In this document: positions 49,751-61,203 of the stretch, piece by piece
Layout: each line of letters opens with the position of its first letter
Numbering within the stretch: position 1 is the stretch's first letter
Virus record (IMG/VR): IMGVR_UViG_3300027688_000449
Source: an uncultured virus (IMG/VR IMGVR_UViG_3300027688_000449)
Taxonomy: Duplodnaviria; Heunggongvirae; Uroviricota; Caudoviricetes
DNA: 64,000 bases
Direction: 5' to 3' (one strand)
Made by a program: the position numbers and the translations under genes
The notes under the pieces: generated by a model
Seen by the model: the letters and a program-made list of their open reading frames with translations, nothing else
Told to the model about the DNA's origin: nothing
Databases searched by the model: none

Positions 49751-51592
49751 ATGGCTCAAAGAAGAATATCATATACCGTAAGGGATTTCCAAGCAATTCG
49801 TCAGGAATTAATTAATTACACAAAAACTTATTATCCTGAATTGATTGATAACTTCAATGATGCTTCAGTTTTTTCTGTATTCTTGGATTTAAACGCAGCC
49901 GTAGCCGACAATTTACATTATCATATAGATAGAAGTATCCAAGAAACAGTTCTTCAATATGCACAACAACGTTCATCAATCTATAACATTGCAAGAACGT
50001 ATGGATTAAAAATTCCTGGTCAAAGACCATCTGTAGCTTTGGTTGATTTTTCAATTACAGTTCCGGCATTTGGTGATAAAGAAGATGAAAGATATTTGGG
50101 AACATTAAGACGTGGAAGTCAAGTTCAAGGTTCAGGTCAAGTATTTGAAACAATATATGATATTGATTTCGCATCACCATTTAATGCTGATGGTATACCA
50201 AATAGATTAAAGATACCAAATTTTGATGCCAACAACAACTTAATAAACTACACAATCACTAAAAGAGAAACTGTAGTAAATGGTATTACAAAGGTATTCA
50301 AAAGAGTTATAACTCCAAATGATGTTAGACCTTTCTTTGAATTTTTCTTACCTGAAAAAAATGTTTTAGGAGTCACATCAATAATTCAAAGAGATGGTAC
50401 ATCTTATTCTAACGTACCAACGGCACAAGAATTTTTAGGTGTGCAAGGTAGATGGTATGAAGTATCGGCACTTGCTGAAGATAGAGTTTTTATTGAGGAC
50501 CCTACAAAACCATCAGATGACCCAGCAATTAAAGTTGGAAGATATATACAAACACAAGATAGATTTATTACAGAATACACACCTGAAGGTTTTATAAAAC
50601 TTACTTTTGGTGGAGGAACAAATACTGCTGAAGACCAACTTAGAGAGTTTACAGCACTTGATGTACCGTTAAAGATTCAAAGATACCAAAACAATTCAAT
50701 GTCATTGGGTAATGCTCCACAAGCAAATACAACAATGTTTATACAATATAGAATTGGTGGTGGACAAGGTACAAACTTAGGTGTTAATGTTATTACACAA
50801 ATTGGTTCTGTTGATTTCTTTGTTAATGGACCTTCTGATATTATAAATAATTCTGTAATTAATTCATTAGCTTGTAATAACGTAACGGCCGCGATTGGTG
50901 GAGCAGGATATCCATCAACTGAAGAAGTTAGAAATTATGTAACGTTTAACTTTGCAGCACAAAACAGAGCGGTTACAATACATGATTACGAAGCGATTAT
51001 AAGAAATATGCCGGGTCAATTTGGAGCACCCGCCAAAGTGTCTATTACTGAAAACAACAATAAAATTAATATCAATGTATTATCATATGATGCTACAGGT
51101 AATTTAACATCTGAAGTTTCACAAACTATGAAGAAAAATTTGGCGGAATATTTGTCAAATTATAGAATGATTAATGATTATGTTGTTATTGGAAGTGCTG
51201 AAGTAATTGATTTGGCGTTAGACATTTCAGTTGTTTTAGATGCCACACAAAACCAAGGAGTTGTTATTTCAAACATTGTGGATAGAGTCACCACATTCTT
51301 TAGTCCTACTGTAAGAGGTTTGGGTGAAAATATTGTACTATCAGAATTGAATAGAATATTACAAACCGAAAATGGTGTGTTAAGTGTTACAGACATTTCA
51401 GTATTTAACAAAGTCGGTGGTCAATATAGTTCAGCACAAACAGCAATGCCTTATGAAGATGTGGCAACAAAGAAAATTTCTTTAGTGGACAACACAATAT
51501 TTGCAGAACCAAATCAAATTTACCAAGTCCATTTCCCAACCAAAGACATCACGGTAAGAGTTAAAAATTACCAGACAACAAACTTCTCTTGA
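49751..51592 (+). CDS. Baseplate wedge subunit (T4 gp6 / baseplate J-like)
   Basis: RDFQAIRQELINY, ETVLQYAQQRSS, LTFGGG, YRIGGG..TN, AIGGA, AQNRAVTIHDYE. Confidence 0.88.
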   Translation: MAQRRISYTVRDFQAIRQELINYTKTYYPELIDNFNDASVFSVFLDLNAAVADNLHYHIDRSIQETVLQYAQQRSSIYNIARTYGLKIPGQRPSVALVDFSITVPAFGDKEDERYLGTLRRGSQVQGSGQVFETIYDIDFASPFNADGIPNRLKIPNFDANNNLINYTITKRETVVNGITKVFKRVITPNDVRPFFEFFLPEKNVLGVTSIIQRDGTSYSNVPTAQEFLGVQGRWYEVSALAEDRVFIEDPTKPSDDPAIKVGRYIQTQDRFITEYTPEGFIKLTFGGGTNTAEDQLREFTALDVPLKIQRYQNNSMSLGNAPQANTTMFIQYRIGGGQGTNLGVNVITQIGSVDFFVNGPSDIINNSVINSLACNNVTAAIGGAGYPSTEEVRNYVTFNFAAQNRAVTIHDYEAIIRNMPGQFGAPAKVSITENNNKININVLSYDATGNLTSEVSQTMKKNLAEYLSNYRMINDYVVIGSAEVIDLALDISVVLDATQNQGVVISNIVDRVTTFFSPTVRGLGENIVLSELNRILQTENGVLSVTDISVFNKVGGQYSSAQTAMPYEDVATKKISLVDNTIFAEPNQIYQVHFPTKDITVRVKNYQTTNFS

Positions 51593-51642
51593 TAATTTAT
51601 TTTATTCATTCTTTAACTACTATTATAAAATAGTGTATAAAC

Positions 51643-51649
51643 TATTTAT
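51643..51649 (+). promoter_or_regulatory. TATTTAT late-gene motif
   Basis: 17 nt upstream of ATG 51667. Confidence 0.6.
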
Positions 51650-51666
51650 GATAGAAAGTAAAAGGA

Positions 51667-54600
51667 ATGTCCAAAACTTATAGAATACGTACAGAAGTTG
51701 GTGTTGATAGACAAGTCAATATAGAATTAGAACAAGATTTTGACCAGTTAGAGATACTTTCTTTAAAAGTCAGAAGTGAAGATGTCTACACAAGAATGTG
51801 TGCAGACTATGGTGTAATTGTAGGTCGTGTTCTTGCCAATGGTGGATACGGTGTTCCAAATGTAAGAGTTTCTGTTTTTATTCCAATAACAGATGAAGAT
51901 TTAAATGATGAAATAATTTATGATTTATATCCTTACCGAAGTCTTAATGATGTAAACGCTGATGGATATAGATATAATCTATTACCTTATGAGCAACAAC
52001 ATACAGGTCATATCCCAACAGGAACATTCCCAAGTAAAAATGATATTTTAACAAACCCAGCGTTGATTGAGGTTTATGACAAGTATTATAAATTCACTGT
52101 TAAATCAAATGGTAGTGGTGACTATATGATAATGGGTGTTCCAATCGGAACGTATACTGTTGTTATGGATATGGATTTGTCTGACATCGGACCATTCTCA
52201 TTATCACCACAAGATTTAATCAGAATGGGTAGAGCAACCGCAGACCAATTTGACGGTGTGAACTTTAAAAGTTCAACTAACTTATTTGAACTACCACAAA
52301 TCGTAACTTTAAACCAAAGTGTAAATGTACAACCATTTTGGGGACAACCAGAAATTTGTCAAATTGATATAACAAGAACTGATTTTGATTTACGTCAATC
52401 AGGTATTAATATATCTCCAACAGCCATGTTTATGGGTTCTTTGATTACAAATAGTAAAGATTATGCTTTACCAAAGAATTGTAAACCACCACAAGATTTA
52501 GGAAGTCTTTGTTCATTAGAAACCGCACCTGGAGAAATCATTGGTGTCAGACAAACCATTTTTCAAGACACCCAAGGTAGACCTATATTAGAACAAGCTC
52601 AATTTCCACAAGGGGCAAAAACAATTGATAGTGATGGAACATGGTTATTAGAAGTTCCAATGAATTTGGATTATGTAACCACTAATGAATTTGGTGAACA
52701 AGTTTTAAGTCCTGACCCAAAAATTGGTATACCAACTAGAGGAAAATATAGATTTAAAATCAAATATTCACAACCAGCCAACTTTGCAAAAGATGAAGTT
52801 AGACGAGCATATTATTTAGTACCAAATATTAAAGAATATGGTTGGGGTACTGCAAATCCATACGATGACCCAATTTATAAACCTGACAGTAATGTGGGTT
52901 ATCAAGAGTTAATAGGTTCTTATTATTTTGGTTTAGATTGGAGTGGATATACTAACGCACAAGATGCTATTGATTGTAAAGATACATTCTATGAGTTTCA
53001 ATATAATAAAGTCTATACGGTATCACAATTAATTGATGAATATAAAAAAGGTACTAATAGAAAAAAGTTTATTGGTATTAAAGAAATTACTAATACTGAA
53101 TGTGAAAGTGAAAATAATAGATTTCCGGCAACAGATGGGTTAAGACAAAATTTTAGTATAATACCAACCTTAGTGACGTATTTGTTATATACAGCATCAT
53201 TAACAATTATGATTTTATTACCTATTGTCCATGTGTTAGCATTAATATGGCCAATTATAAGTGTATTATTAAAAGTTGTGTTTGGAACAATTTTGACAAT
53301 TGTTTCAGTTATTTGTAAAGCGATTAATAAACTGCGTGGTGCTGATAATCAAATAAATTGCCCAAAACCATACAATTTTCAAAATCTTTTTAAAGAATTA
53401 ACAAATCCATTTAGTAAAATAACATTACCAAATTTAACATATCCTGAATGTCAGTTTTGTGAATGTAAACAAGAACCTGTACCACAAGACAATGATGAGT
53501 TAACAGCAATTCAAGAAGCCGCGGCACAAAATTCATTATCATTAAATGCCGATTTTTTTGTGTATGACAATTGGAATCCAAATCAATCTAATGTAACAGA
53601 ACACCAAGAAGTTTTTGCGGGTAAAGGATTTAATACTGAAAGTGTTAGAGTCCCAATTAGAAAAAATGATAATAATGATTTTGATTTTATTGATAAATTA
53701 CCACCATGGGAAATTATCAACAAGTATAATTTAAAATCAAAATATTTTGATACTGACCCCTACGCTGGTTCAAACAGAATTAAAGTACAAGTAGAACCAA
53801 AGTACAATTCAAATACAAATCACTTTGATAATATCATGGCGGTATTTGTTGACCCAGATGTTCAAAATACTTTTATTTCGGGGCAACTATTATCTTTCCA
53901 AGAGTTGACCAAATCAACTGACCCAAATACAAGTGGTGCGACTTCAACACCTGAAACAGGGATAACAGGAACAACAAACGTTGGTAAAAGTGTAACGATG
54001 ACATTTGCCAATCCAACATCACCAAATTTATCAAATAGTACTGTAACATATAATTTCCCGACAGTACCAAATGAAACTAAATCTTACAAGTTCCCAACGG
54101 ACATTGAATATTTCCAAGTTATTACTGGTGTTACTTACAATGATTTTGTATCTCAAAACGCGGCATATGCTAAAGGAACTACAACTTGTAACTACCTTAA
54201 TTATACTGTAACAAATCAAACTACAAATCCAATCACCATTAATTATACGGATTACAATGGAACTTCACAAACAGCAACAATTGGTATTGTTGTGGACCAA
54301 GACACAAATACAACTTATGGTGCGACTGAAAATATATGTGCTTGTGAAAATAGTTTAAGTTCAACAAAAAAATTCAGTATAGATAATATAAATTCTTGTT
54401 CAGTTCCAGCACCTGCTGGTTCGGTCTTACCAGGAAATTTATTAACTCAATTATATCAAAAAATTGAACTTTTTAAAAATGATGGTAAAGACGGTCATGA
54501 TTTTTATGATTCATATATTGGACAATGGATTGGTGGTGAAATTAGTTTAGTCTTTATGGTTAGGGGTGTTGACCCACACAGTGGACGTAAATCAATCAAA

Positions 54601-56715
54601 TATGATTTATCAAGAATTTTTGGTTATAGTAGTTACGGTCAAAAAGTGATTAGTGGTGATTTTTACATGAACGTTCCCGTCCAACAAGGTTTAAAGACCG
54701 TAAGAAATGCAGAATTAACAAGTAACTTACAATCCAATTCAAATGGATATTTGTATTTCAACTCTTTTCAATACACCGCTGGTACTCAATATAGTGCTTA
54801 TACCACTACACTTCAAAATTATTATTCAGCATTAGACCTTAACCGAGTTGATAAATATAAAATCAACTCTGATAATGAGGATAGCTTATTAACAACTGCG
54901 ATGGTGTATAATGGTGGAAGTGGACAATTGGTTGCAAACAGTAGTACTGAAGGTTATATACAAGGTGAATATATTGAAGGTGGTTCGTTTATATGGGCAG
55001 AAAAGGCTAAGGGATTAAGTAAAATTAAAAAAGATAAAAACGGTAATGATAATAATAATACAAGACCGTGGTTATATTTTGCACCATCTTATGGTAATGG
55101 AGGACTCGGTAAAATGGTTGTGTATAGTCAAAAAATGGTTATGAGGTCAGATAGATTACCTGTTGGTACTATATTTGATGGTAGTGCTAATAACTACTTT
55201 GCTTGGCAAGCATCAAACGCATTACCTTATACCTTTGTCGATGATAATGGTACATCTAATACCCAACTTGTTGTACCATCATTTGATTTTAGTGACCCAA
55301 CAGCAAATCCTGATTTAGTAACAGGTGCGACATTTAATGCTATCGCCAATTCATTTACCTGTAATGGTATGGTTGATTTGTCTTGTTATCAAGGTGACGG
55401 TAGAAATTTTACTGCATTACCCGCAACCAATGAATGTAATACTAATACTAAAAAGGGAGATAAAGTTGTTGTTAAGGGTTGTTACATATTAGTAAACAAA
55501 CCAATTGGTACCCTCTTTGGTAGGAACAATGATTATTCATTAATTATAGAATGGATTGGAAGACTTAGATTAATGATTGCAGTATGTCAAGGAACTTTTT
55601 CACATACGTTTGTAAACTCTTGGATAAATGGAACATTGTTTGCGTTCCCATTCCAAAATGCTGTTAGATTTAATGCTAAGAATGAGCCAATTGTTAGAAC
55701 AGTTGTTTTAAATAAAGCCTTTTATAATTTTTGTGCCGATACAATAGTGTACGAACCACAATCTAATAATTTTTATTATCGTTCAAGTCCATGGGATGGT
55801 CAAAATTTTATAGGTCAATACCCACCATCAGGACTATTTAATTCACCAGTGAATGATAGAAACTTATTATACCCAACTACAATTATGGATTTGGGTCCAA
55901 AATTTATTTGGAGTAAAGATGTAAACAAAAGTCCAAATTACTTTGGATATCAAATGGATAGGTTCAATGCAACATCTTGGAACAATGTGTCTGATTTATT
56001 GCAATTATTTATAATATCAAGAATATCAAACTCTAACCTATTAAAATCAACCAAAACAGGTTTAGACACATCAATTTCTGCATTTTTCAGTAGACCCCAA
56101 TTAAGGGTTGATGGTGATTATGCTCAGATGTTACAAATCAATTCACAGTATGGTATTGTACCATATACTGCGGATAATTATTTTGATGACCCTGCAACAA
56201 CAACTGACAATGTTGTTTACGTGTCTGTTGATAATCAAAAAAATTCGGTATTTGGTATTTTTTATAGTGGGTATACTGAAGAAAGGGATTTAATTTCACC
56301 ACGTAGAATAGACAGAACATTTACTGGAAATACATTAATTGCTGATTATTTAGGAACCAAATCACAAGAAGTTCCATTTTATAGATGGTCAAATACAGCA
56401 TATATTGATGGTCAACCGTCCATTTTTGGTAACGAGGAAAACAATTGGTATACAGAAGGTAATGCTTACAAAGAAAAATATCAAAATTTAGATAGAATGT
56501 TAAACCCAATGTTCATTGGAGGAAACAATCAAATTCAAAACAGAAAAGGTTACATTTACCAAACAAATAGTTTGGGACAATATTCCCAATCACCGGCACT
56601 TGGTAATAATAATGAAACTATAACAAGTGCACCATGGTATTTTTATTTCGGTTTAAAGAAAGGTTCGTCTGCCATGGATAAATTTACAAAATTATATATT
56701 AAATCAGAAGAATGA
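51667..56715 (+). CDS. Large virion/baseplate-associated protein (1682 aa) with an N-terminal prealbumin/Ig-like domain and an internal hydrophobic segment
   Basis: GVIVGRVLANGGYGVPNVRVSV...SNGSGDYMIMGVPIGTYTV carboxypeptidase-regulatory-like pattern; lies among baseplate genes; S/T/N-rich. Confidence 0.5.
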   Translation: MSKTYRIRTEVGVDRQVNIELEQDFDQLEILSLKVRSEDVYTRMCADYGVIVGRVLANGGYGVPNVRVSVFIPITDEDLNDEIIYDLYPYRSLNDVNADGYRYNLLPYEQQHTGHIPTGTFPSKNDILTNPALIEVYDKYYKFTVKSNGSGDYMIMGVPIGTYTVVMDMDLSDIGPFSLSPQDLIRMGRATADQFDGVNFKSSTNLFELPQIVTLNQSVNVQPFWGQPEICQIDITRTDFDLRQSGINISPTAMFMGSLITNSKDYALPKNCKPPQDLGSLCSLETAPGEIIGVRQTIFQDTQGRPILEQAQFPQGAKTIDSDGTWLLEVPMNLDYVTTNEFGEQVLSPDPKIGIPTRGKYRFKIKYSQPANFAKDEVRRAYYLVPNIKEYGWGTANPYDDPIYKPDSNVGYQELIGSYYFGLDWSGYTNAQDAIDCKDTFYEFQYNKVYTVSQLIDEYKKGTNRKKFIGIKEITNTECESENNRFPATDGLRQNFSIIPTLVTYLLYTASLTIMILLPIVHVLALIWPIISVLLKVVFGTILTIVSVICKAINKLRGADNQINCPKPYNFQNLFKELTNPFSKITLPNLTYPECQFCECKQEPVPQDNDELTAIQEAAAQNSLSLNADFFVYDNWNPNQSNVTEHQEVFAGKGFNTESVRVPIRKNDNNDFDFIDKLPPWEIINKYNLKSKYFDTDPYAGSNRIKVQVEPKYNSNTNHFDNIMAVFVDPDVQNTFISGQLLSFQELTKSTDPNTSGATSTPETGITGTTNVGKSVTMTFANPTSPNLSNSTVTYNFPTVPNETKSYKFPTDIEYFQVITGVTYNDFVSQNAAYAKGTTTCNYLNYTVTNQTTNPITINYTDYNGTSQTATIGIVVDQDTNTTYGATENICACENSLSSTKKFSIDNINSCSVPAPAGSVLPGNLLTQLYQKIELFKNDGKDGHDFYDSYIGQWIGGEISLVFMVRGVDPHSGRKSIKYDLSRIFGYSSYGQKVISGDFYMNVPVQQGLKTVRNAELTSNLQSNSNGYLYFNSFQYTAGTQYSAYTTTLQNYYSALDLNRVDKYKINSDNEDSLLTTAMVYNGGSGQLVANSSTEGYIQGEYIEGGSFIWAEKAKGLSKIKKDKNGNDNNNTRPWLYFAPSYGNGGLGKMVVYSQKMVMRSDRLPVGTIFDGSANNYFAWQASNALPYTFVDDNGTSNTQLVVPSFDFSDPTANPDLVTGATFNAIANSFTCNGMVDLSCYQGDGRNFTALPATNECNTNTKKGDKVVVKGCYILVNKPIGTLFGRNNDYSLIIEWIGRLRLMIAVCQGTFSHTFVNSWINGTLFAFPFQNAVRFNAKNEPIVRTVVLNKAFYNFCADTIVYEPQSNNFYYRSSPWDGQNFIGQYPPSGLFNSPVNDRNLLYPTTIMDLGPKFIWSKDVNKSPNYFGYQMDRFNATSWNNVSDLLQLFIISRISNSNLLKSTKTGLDTSISAFFSRPQLRVDGDYAQMLQINSQYGIVPYTADNYFDDPATTTDNVVYVSVDNQKNSVFGIFYSGYTEERDLISPRRIDRTFTGNTLIADYLGTKSQEVPFYRWSNTAYIDGQPSIFGNEENNWYTEGNAYKEKYQNLDRMLNPMFIGGNNQIQNRKGYIYQTNSLGQYSQSPALGNNNETITSAPWYFYFGLKKGSSAMDKFTKLYIKSEE

Positions 56716-58403
56716 GCGAAAGTAATTACATAGTAGTTAAACCTGATTTGAGGTATAAGTCGGCACCCGATGCAGATTTATCTTTTGTAACAGAATTAAA
56801 TCAAACACAATCACAAGTAATTGATTATGATAGAACTGTTAATGTTAATTTAGCAACATTGTTTGATGCTGAAAGGCAAAAATCTGTATTGTTTAGACCA
56901 ACAGTTAAGTTATCATATATCTACAAAAATAACTTGGTAGGTTATAGTAATTACAAACCGTATAGAGATAATTTATATTATATTAATCCCGAGTTGTCTG
57001 TAATCAATGGGATATGGAGTGGATTACCAACATATCAAGAATTTGAATTTATTAGAACAGATGTGGAATCAACCCAATTAAATTTTGTTGCAAAAAGTGC
57101 GTCAACATATAATTGGAATGTTGTTTTATCCTATCCATATGAAAATGACTATACGGTACCAATGCAATATTACTTTTCAAATGGTCAGTCATTAACACCA
57201 TGGGTATCAGGGGATGGAATACCATTTAAAATATCTCAAGGAACTGAAAATGGAACACCGTTAATTCAGTTTACTTGCCCTGTTCCACACGGGTTATCTG
57301 TTAATGAATATGTTGAATTGTCATTTAATTATAGTGGTGTTAACACATTCCAAGTTTCTTATTTGGGTGATAATACAATTGGTTCAGATGAATATATTTT
57401 TAGTATATACAATGTTGGATTTACGGGTTCAACATTTAATAGTGGTAATCAAGGATTCTTTAAACGAATCATAGACATTAATAATTCTGGTGAAACAAAA
57501 TCAAAATATTATGTTAGATTACATAAGATTATTAGTAATCCACATGATTCAATCATTACAAGAAACGGATTTGAATTGAATCCATTTAGTGATGGTTCAT
57601 TTTATCAATTTTCTTCATTAACACCAAACAATGTTGGAAGGGTTGTTAATTATCAAAGCTCAAACACATATAATATTACCATGGCTCGTGATTTGGAAGT
57701 TACAAATCAAGTTGATAATAATAAAAAACCTTTAACACAAGTGTTTGCAACATTTCAAAACGTTGGATACTTTGGTTGGTTCAATCAATTAAGAAGAGGT
57801 TGGGGATTTAATATGGTGCCAAAGACAACAAACCCGTGGTGGGCAACAACAAATCCAACATCATTAGAAAATAACACAACATCAGGATACACAAAAACAC
57901 AAAATGGTGTTCCTTATAATTTTACGGTTAATCTACCAAGATATAGTGGGGATACAATGTATGGTGATTGGTGTGAGTGGAATGAAAGTAATCAATCAGA
58001 AAGGGTTATTTCAAACTACATGAATAAAATGACCTATTACCAAAAAGCGTTTGATATTGCACCTACCGCATCTACAAACCCAAGTGGGTTTTATTACCAA
58101 GTTCATTATCCAATTACCTTGAAAGTGTTTTCAGATTATATTGAAACTGCTGAACAAAGTGGAACTGAAGGAATTCCATATTGGGCTTACTTCAGTGATA
58201 ACAACAAGTTATGGTTTTGGAGAGATATTTACGAATATGGTTATATTGACAATTTAGGTAGAGGTGTTGATTATCCATACTTGAATACTGCCCACTACCC
58301 ATTCCAAGATATTACTTTCAGATTATATCCTGAAGGTGCGTCATTTGACATAACAGATTTGTACCAAATTGTACCAGACCCTATAATAGATGGATGCGAA
58401 TAA
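56712..58403 (+). CDS. Putative virion structural protein
   Basis: 563-aa ORF coupled (ATGA) to the upstream gene; beta-rich; contains PHGLSVNEYV. Confidence 0.5.
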   Translation: MSESNYIVVKPDLRYKSAPDADLSFVTELNQTQSQVIDYDRTVNVNLATLFDAERQKSVLFRPTVKLSYIYKNNLVGYSNYKPYRDNLYYINPELSVINGIWSGLPTYQEFEFIRTDVESTQLNFVAKSASTYNWNVVLSYPYENDYTVPMQYYFSNGQSLTPWVSGDGIPFKISQGTENGTPLIQFTCPVPHGLSVNEYVELSFNYSGVNTFQVSYLGDNTIGSDEYIFSIYNVGFTGSTFNSGNQGFFKRIIDINNSGETKSKYYVRLHKIISNPHDSIITRNGFELNPFSDGSFYQFSSLTPNNVGRVVNYQSSNTYNITMARDLEVTNQVDNNKKPLTQVFATFQNVGYFGWFNQLRRGWGFNMVPKTTNPWWATTNPTSLENNTTSGYTKTQNGVPYNFTVNLPRYSGDTMYGDWCEWNESNQSERVISNYMNKMTYYQKAFDIAPTASTNPSGFYYQVHYPITLKVFSDYIETAEQSGTEGIPYWAYFSDNNKLWFWRDIYEYGYIDNLGRGVDYPYLNTAHYPFQDITFRLYPEGASFDITDLYQIVPDPIIDGCE

Positions 58404-59172
58404 GATAAGAGTGTTGTTTAATAACCAACCAAAAGATTTGGTTATACCTCTTCAACAAGAGTGGGACTTCTATGGTCAGCAACAAGCCATTGAACAATAC
58501 GAGTCAACCATTATTGAAAAAATATTAAATCAAGGGGATGATTACGAAGTTAATAGGTTTGACCATCAGTTATATGATGGAACAAAAAGTTCTTTAAACT
58601 ATGATTTTTATTTAAACAATCCCGTGTTTGCGGTTAACAATTTTTGGGAAAATTCTTACTTGGCAAAATTTACTGCTGACCAAGTATATTATTATAGTCC
58701 ATCATTTACAAAATCTTTTTGGAAAATAGATTTTTATGATAGTCCAACTACAAGAACACAAAAATCTTATTTTACTACAATATTACCAGTACAACAAGGA
58801 AAGTTTCAACCAACAGTTTTAAATAATACAACAGCGGTTACAATTAAAAGACCAAGTTATCAATTAGATTACATTGGTGATAAAGAAGGGTTTTTTCTTT
58901 ATTGGTTGAAATCAAGACAATTCTTGAATATCAATACTTTTTATATGACGGCCAAGTTCTTTGATGGTAATACAGGACAGTTTATAAAAATGATGAAAGC
59001 ACCTCAAAGTTCTTTACCAAACTATTATGATTTTCCATCTGAAGAATATTTTTACTACAAAGTAGATTTAGATTATGCAACACAAACATATCAAGTGTTT
59101 GATTACCCAAGAGGGGTACGAGCCGGAACAGTTTCAAATCCGATAAAATGGTATGAATACGTAAACCCATAA
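58390..59172 (+). CDS. Putative virion structural protein
   Basis: 260-aa aromatic-rich ORF in the structural operon. Confidence 0.5.
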   Translation: MDANKIRVLFNNQPKDLVIPLQQEWDFYGQQQAIEQYESTIIEKILNQGDDYEVNRFDHQLYDGTKSSLNYDFYLNNPVFAVNNFWENSYLAKFTADQVYYYSPSFTKSFWKIDFYDSPTTRTQKSYFTTILPVQQGKFQPTVLNNTTAVTIKRPSYQLDYIGDKEGFFLYWLKSRQFLNINTFYMTAKFFDGNTGQFIKMMKAPQSSLPNYYDFPSEEYFYYKVDLDYATQTYQVFDYPRGVRAGTVSNPIKWYEYVNP

Positions 59173-60251
59173 TGGATACACAAGTAATGAATATCAGGGT
59201 ATCACCCGAAGTCTTGAATACAATCATTCATGATGTTACTTACTCAGGTGAGACATTTGGGGTGTATTCATCTATGACCCAAACTTTAACAAGTGGTGTT
59301 AACAACACGTCAAGTTTAACAGGTCTTACAGTTCCAATTCTTTTAACACAAAATACAATTGATTTGGGTTATTACTCTGTATTTGATGGTGCAATTTCAC
59401 AAATAAATGTTGTAAATAATTTTATATTTTCATCTACAACAGGAAATCCATTTACTTGGTATGTTTATAATACCGCAGATGTTGAGTTTAATGCCTACCT
59501 TCAGTTGTCAACATATTTTTTAGATTGGGGTGATGGAACACCATTACAACCAATTAATACGTACGCGCCTAATTCTATTGTTCACACGTATAATACAAAC
59601 CCAAGTGAATATACAATTACATTATCACAAAATAATCCTTGGGGAAACACAACGGTATCTAAAAATATTCAAACACCATATGTTGAAGTTCCTGATTTTA
59701 ATCCAAGTGGAACTGCATACTTTACACCAAATGTTGGTTCTTGGAGTGCAACACCAATATCGTACAACTATATTTTTACTGGTGACAGTGTTAATTTAGT
59801 TGAAGACCAAGTTTCATCGGCATATGTTTCAGTACCATTTACTGTTAGTGGATATACTGATTCAAGAATTAACGACTTGGCATTTTATGGTACACCAAAA
59901 TTTAAATTATTAGTACCTGTTCAAAAGAATAATGTTGATTATGGTATTATTACTGAAATTAATTTAGTTTATACTGCATATACAATACAGAATGTTGATT
60001 ATGTTGACTATGCTGATGGTACTACAATTTTCTTTCTTCAGTCATCGGGTTTAACCGCAGATTGGATGGTACAAGAACCCTTAGTAAAAGATGAATTATT
60101 GTTGGGTGTCATTGCTCAAGCTGAAGTCCAATCCAATATATTCATTGAACGAGGTAAAAATTCGGCGTATGAAAGAATACAAAGAATTGGTGAGGTTGAT
60201 AATTTGGGAGACTTAATAAAATATGGATATTACTTTTTTAATGTTACATAA
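59172..60251 (+). CDS. Putative virion protein with a PKD-like domain
   Basis: LDWGDGT...IVHTY...EYTITL PKD signature; TAATG coupling. Confidence 0.55.
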   Translation: MDTQVMNIRVSPEVLNTIIHDVTYSGETFGVYSSMTQTLTSGVNNTSSLTGLTVPILLTQNTIDLGYYSVFDGAISQINVVNNFIFSSTTGNPFTWYVYNTADVEFNAYLQLSTYFLDWGDGTPLQPINTYAPNSIVHTYNTNPSEYTITLSQNNPWGNTTVSKNIQTPYVEVPDFNPSGTAYFTPNVGSWSATPISYNYIFTGDSVNLVEDQVSSAYVSVPFTVSGYTDSRINDLAFYGTPKFKLLVPVQKNNVDYGIITEINLVYTAYTIQNVDYVDYADGTTIFFLQSSGLTADWMVQEPLVKDELLLGVIAQAEVQSNIFIERGKNSAYERIQRIGEVDNLGDLIKYGYYFFNVT

Positions 60252-60265
60252 AAAAATAAAAATGG

Positions 60266-60272
60266 TATTTAT
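60266..60272 (+). promoter_or_regulatory. TATTTAT late-gene motif
   Basis: 22 nt upstream of ATG 60295. Confidence 0.6.
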
Positions 60273-60294
60273 TACTAATAGATAAAATAAAAAA

Positions 60295-61203
60295 ATGGCT
60301 ACAGGAACCTATGGTACAATAAGACCGGCAGATGTATCACCCGAAGACGTAAGTATCGTCATGAATTATACACCATCAAGAGATGTGACGGACAATTTTG
60401 TTCTAACCACTTTGGATGCGACAACAATATTAAGACCTTATTTTAATAATGCAGCAACTGGCGGAAACTCAAATGAAATCTTGGGTGGTTTATACAATCT
60501 TAGATTACCCGCAGAAACATTCACTCAATTAGGTATCTACACTCTTTATATAAGACCAGCGGAAATTAGAACAAGTATTACTGATTGTGGTGTGTTATCA
60601 GCATTACCAAACGTTAAAGGAATTGTAATTGATTTAAGTAACGTACCAAGTCAATATGTTAATAAATTTGTTGCTCAAGGACTTGTTGGATTTAGAATTG
60701 AATATTTAAACTCTGATGGTAGTAAAATACCTAACTTCTTTAGGATTGTTACTTCAAATTTTTATTGTGAGCCTGTTATTCAAAATTTAACTAATACTTT
60801 ACAAAAGGCTGTTAGATATAGATATACTGAAGGTCAAACTAATTTGGTGTTTTGTACTTTATCACCAAGTTCATCACCAACAAACAAACCAAACGCCACA
60901 CCATATATTGGACAACCAGCTCAGAGTATTGTATTATCAAATACTTACTTCAATCCATTAATGTTAGAGGTTCAAGTTTCTGAATATGACATTGATACAT
61001 TGGGTATTGCTCTTTATGGTAATCAAACTAAATCTATGGAGGATGGTATCTACACAATCTATGATGCTCAAAACAACATTTATCAACAATTCAACTTGTA
61101 TGAAATTAAAGATGACTTTAATAACTTGTTGTATGAGGTTAAAGATAATAGAGGTACAAATATTGACTTCAGTAAAAGTTATCAAAATATTACGGCTCAA
61201 TAA
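60295..61203 (+). CDS. Putative virion structural protein
   Basis: 302-aa ORF preceded by TATTTAT and coupled to the downstream wedge gene. Confidence 0.5.
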   Translation: MATGTYGTIRPADVSPEDVSIVMNYTPSRDVTDNFVLTTLDATTILRPYFNNAATGGNSNEILGGLYNLRLPAETFTQLGIYTLYIRPAEIRTSITDCGVLSALPNVKGIVIDLSNVPSQYVNKFVAQGLVGFRIEYLNSDGSKIPNFFRIVTSNFYCEPVIQNLTNTLQKAVRYRYTEGQTNLVFCTLSPSSSPTNKPNATPYIGQPAQSIVLSNTYFNPLMLEVQVSEYDIDTLGIALYGNQTKSMEDGIYTIYDAQNNIYQQFNLYEIKDDFNNLLYEVKDNRGTNIDFSKSYQNITAQ

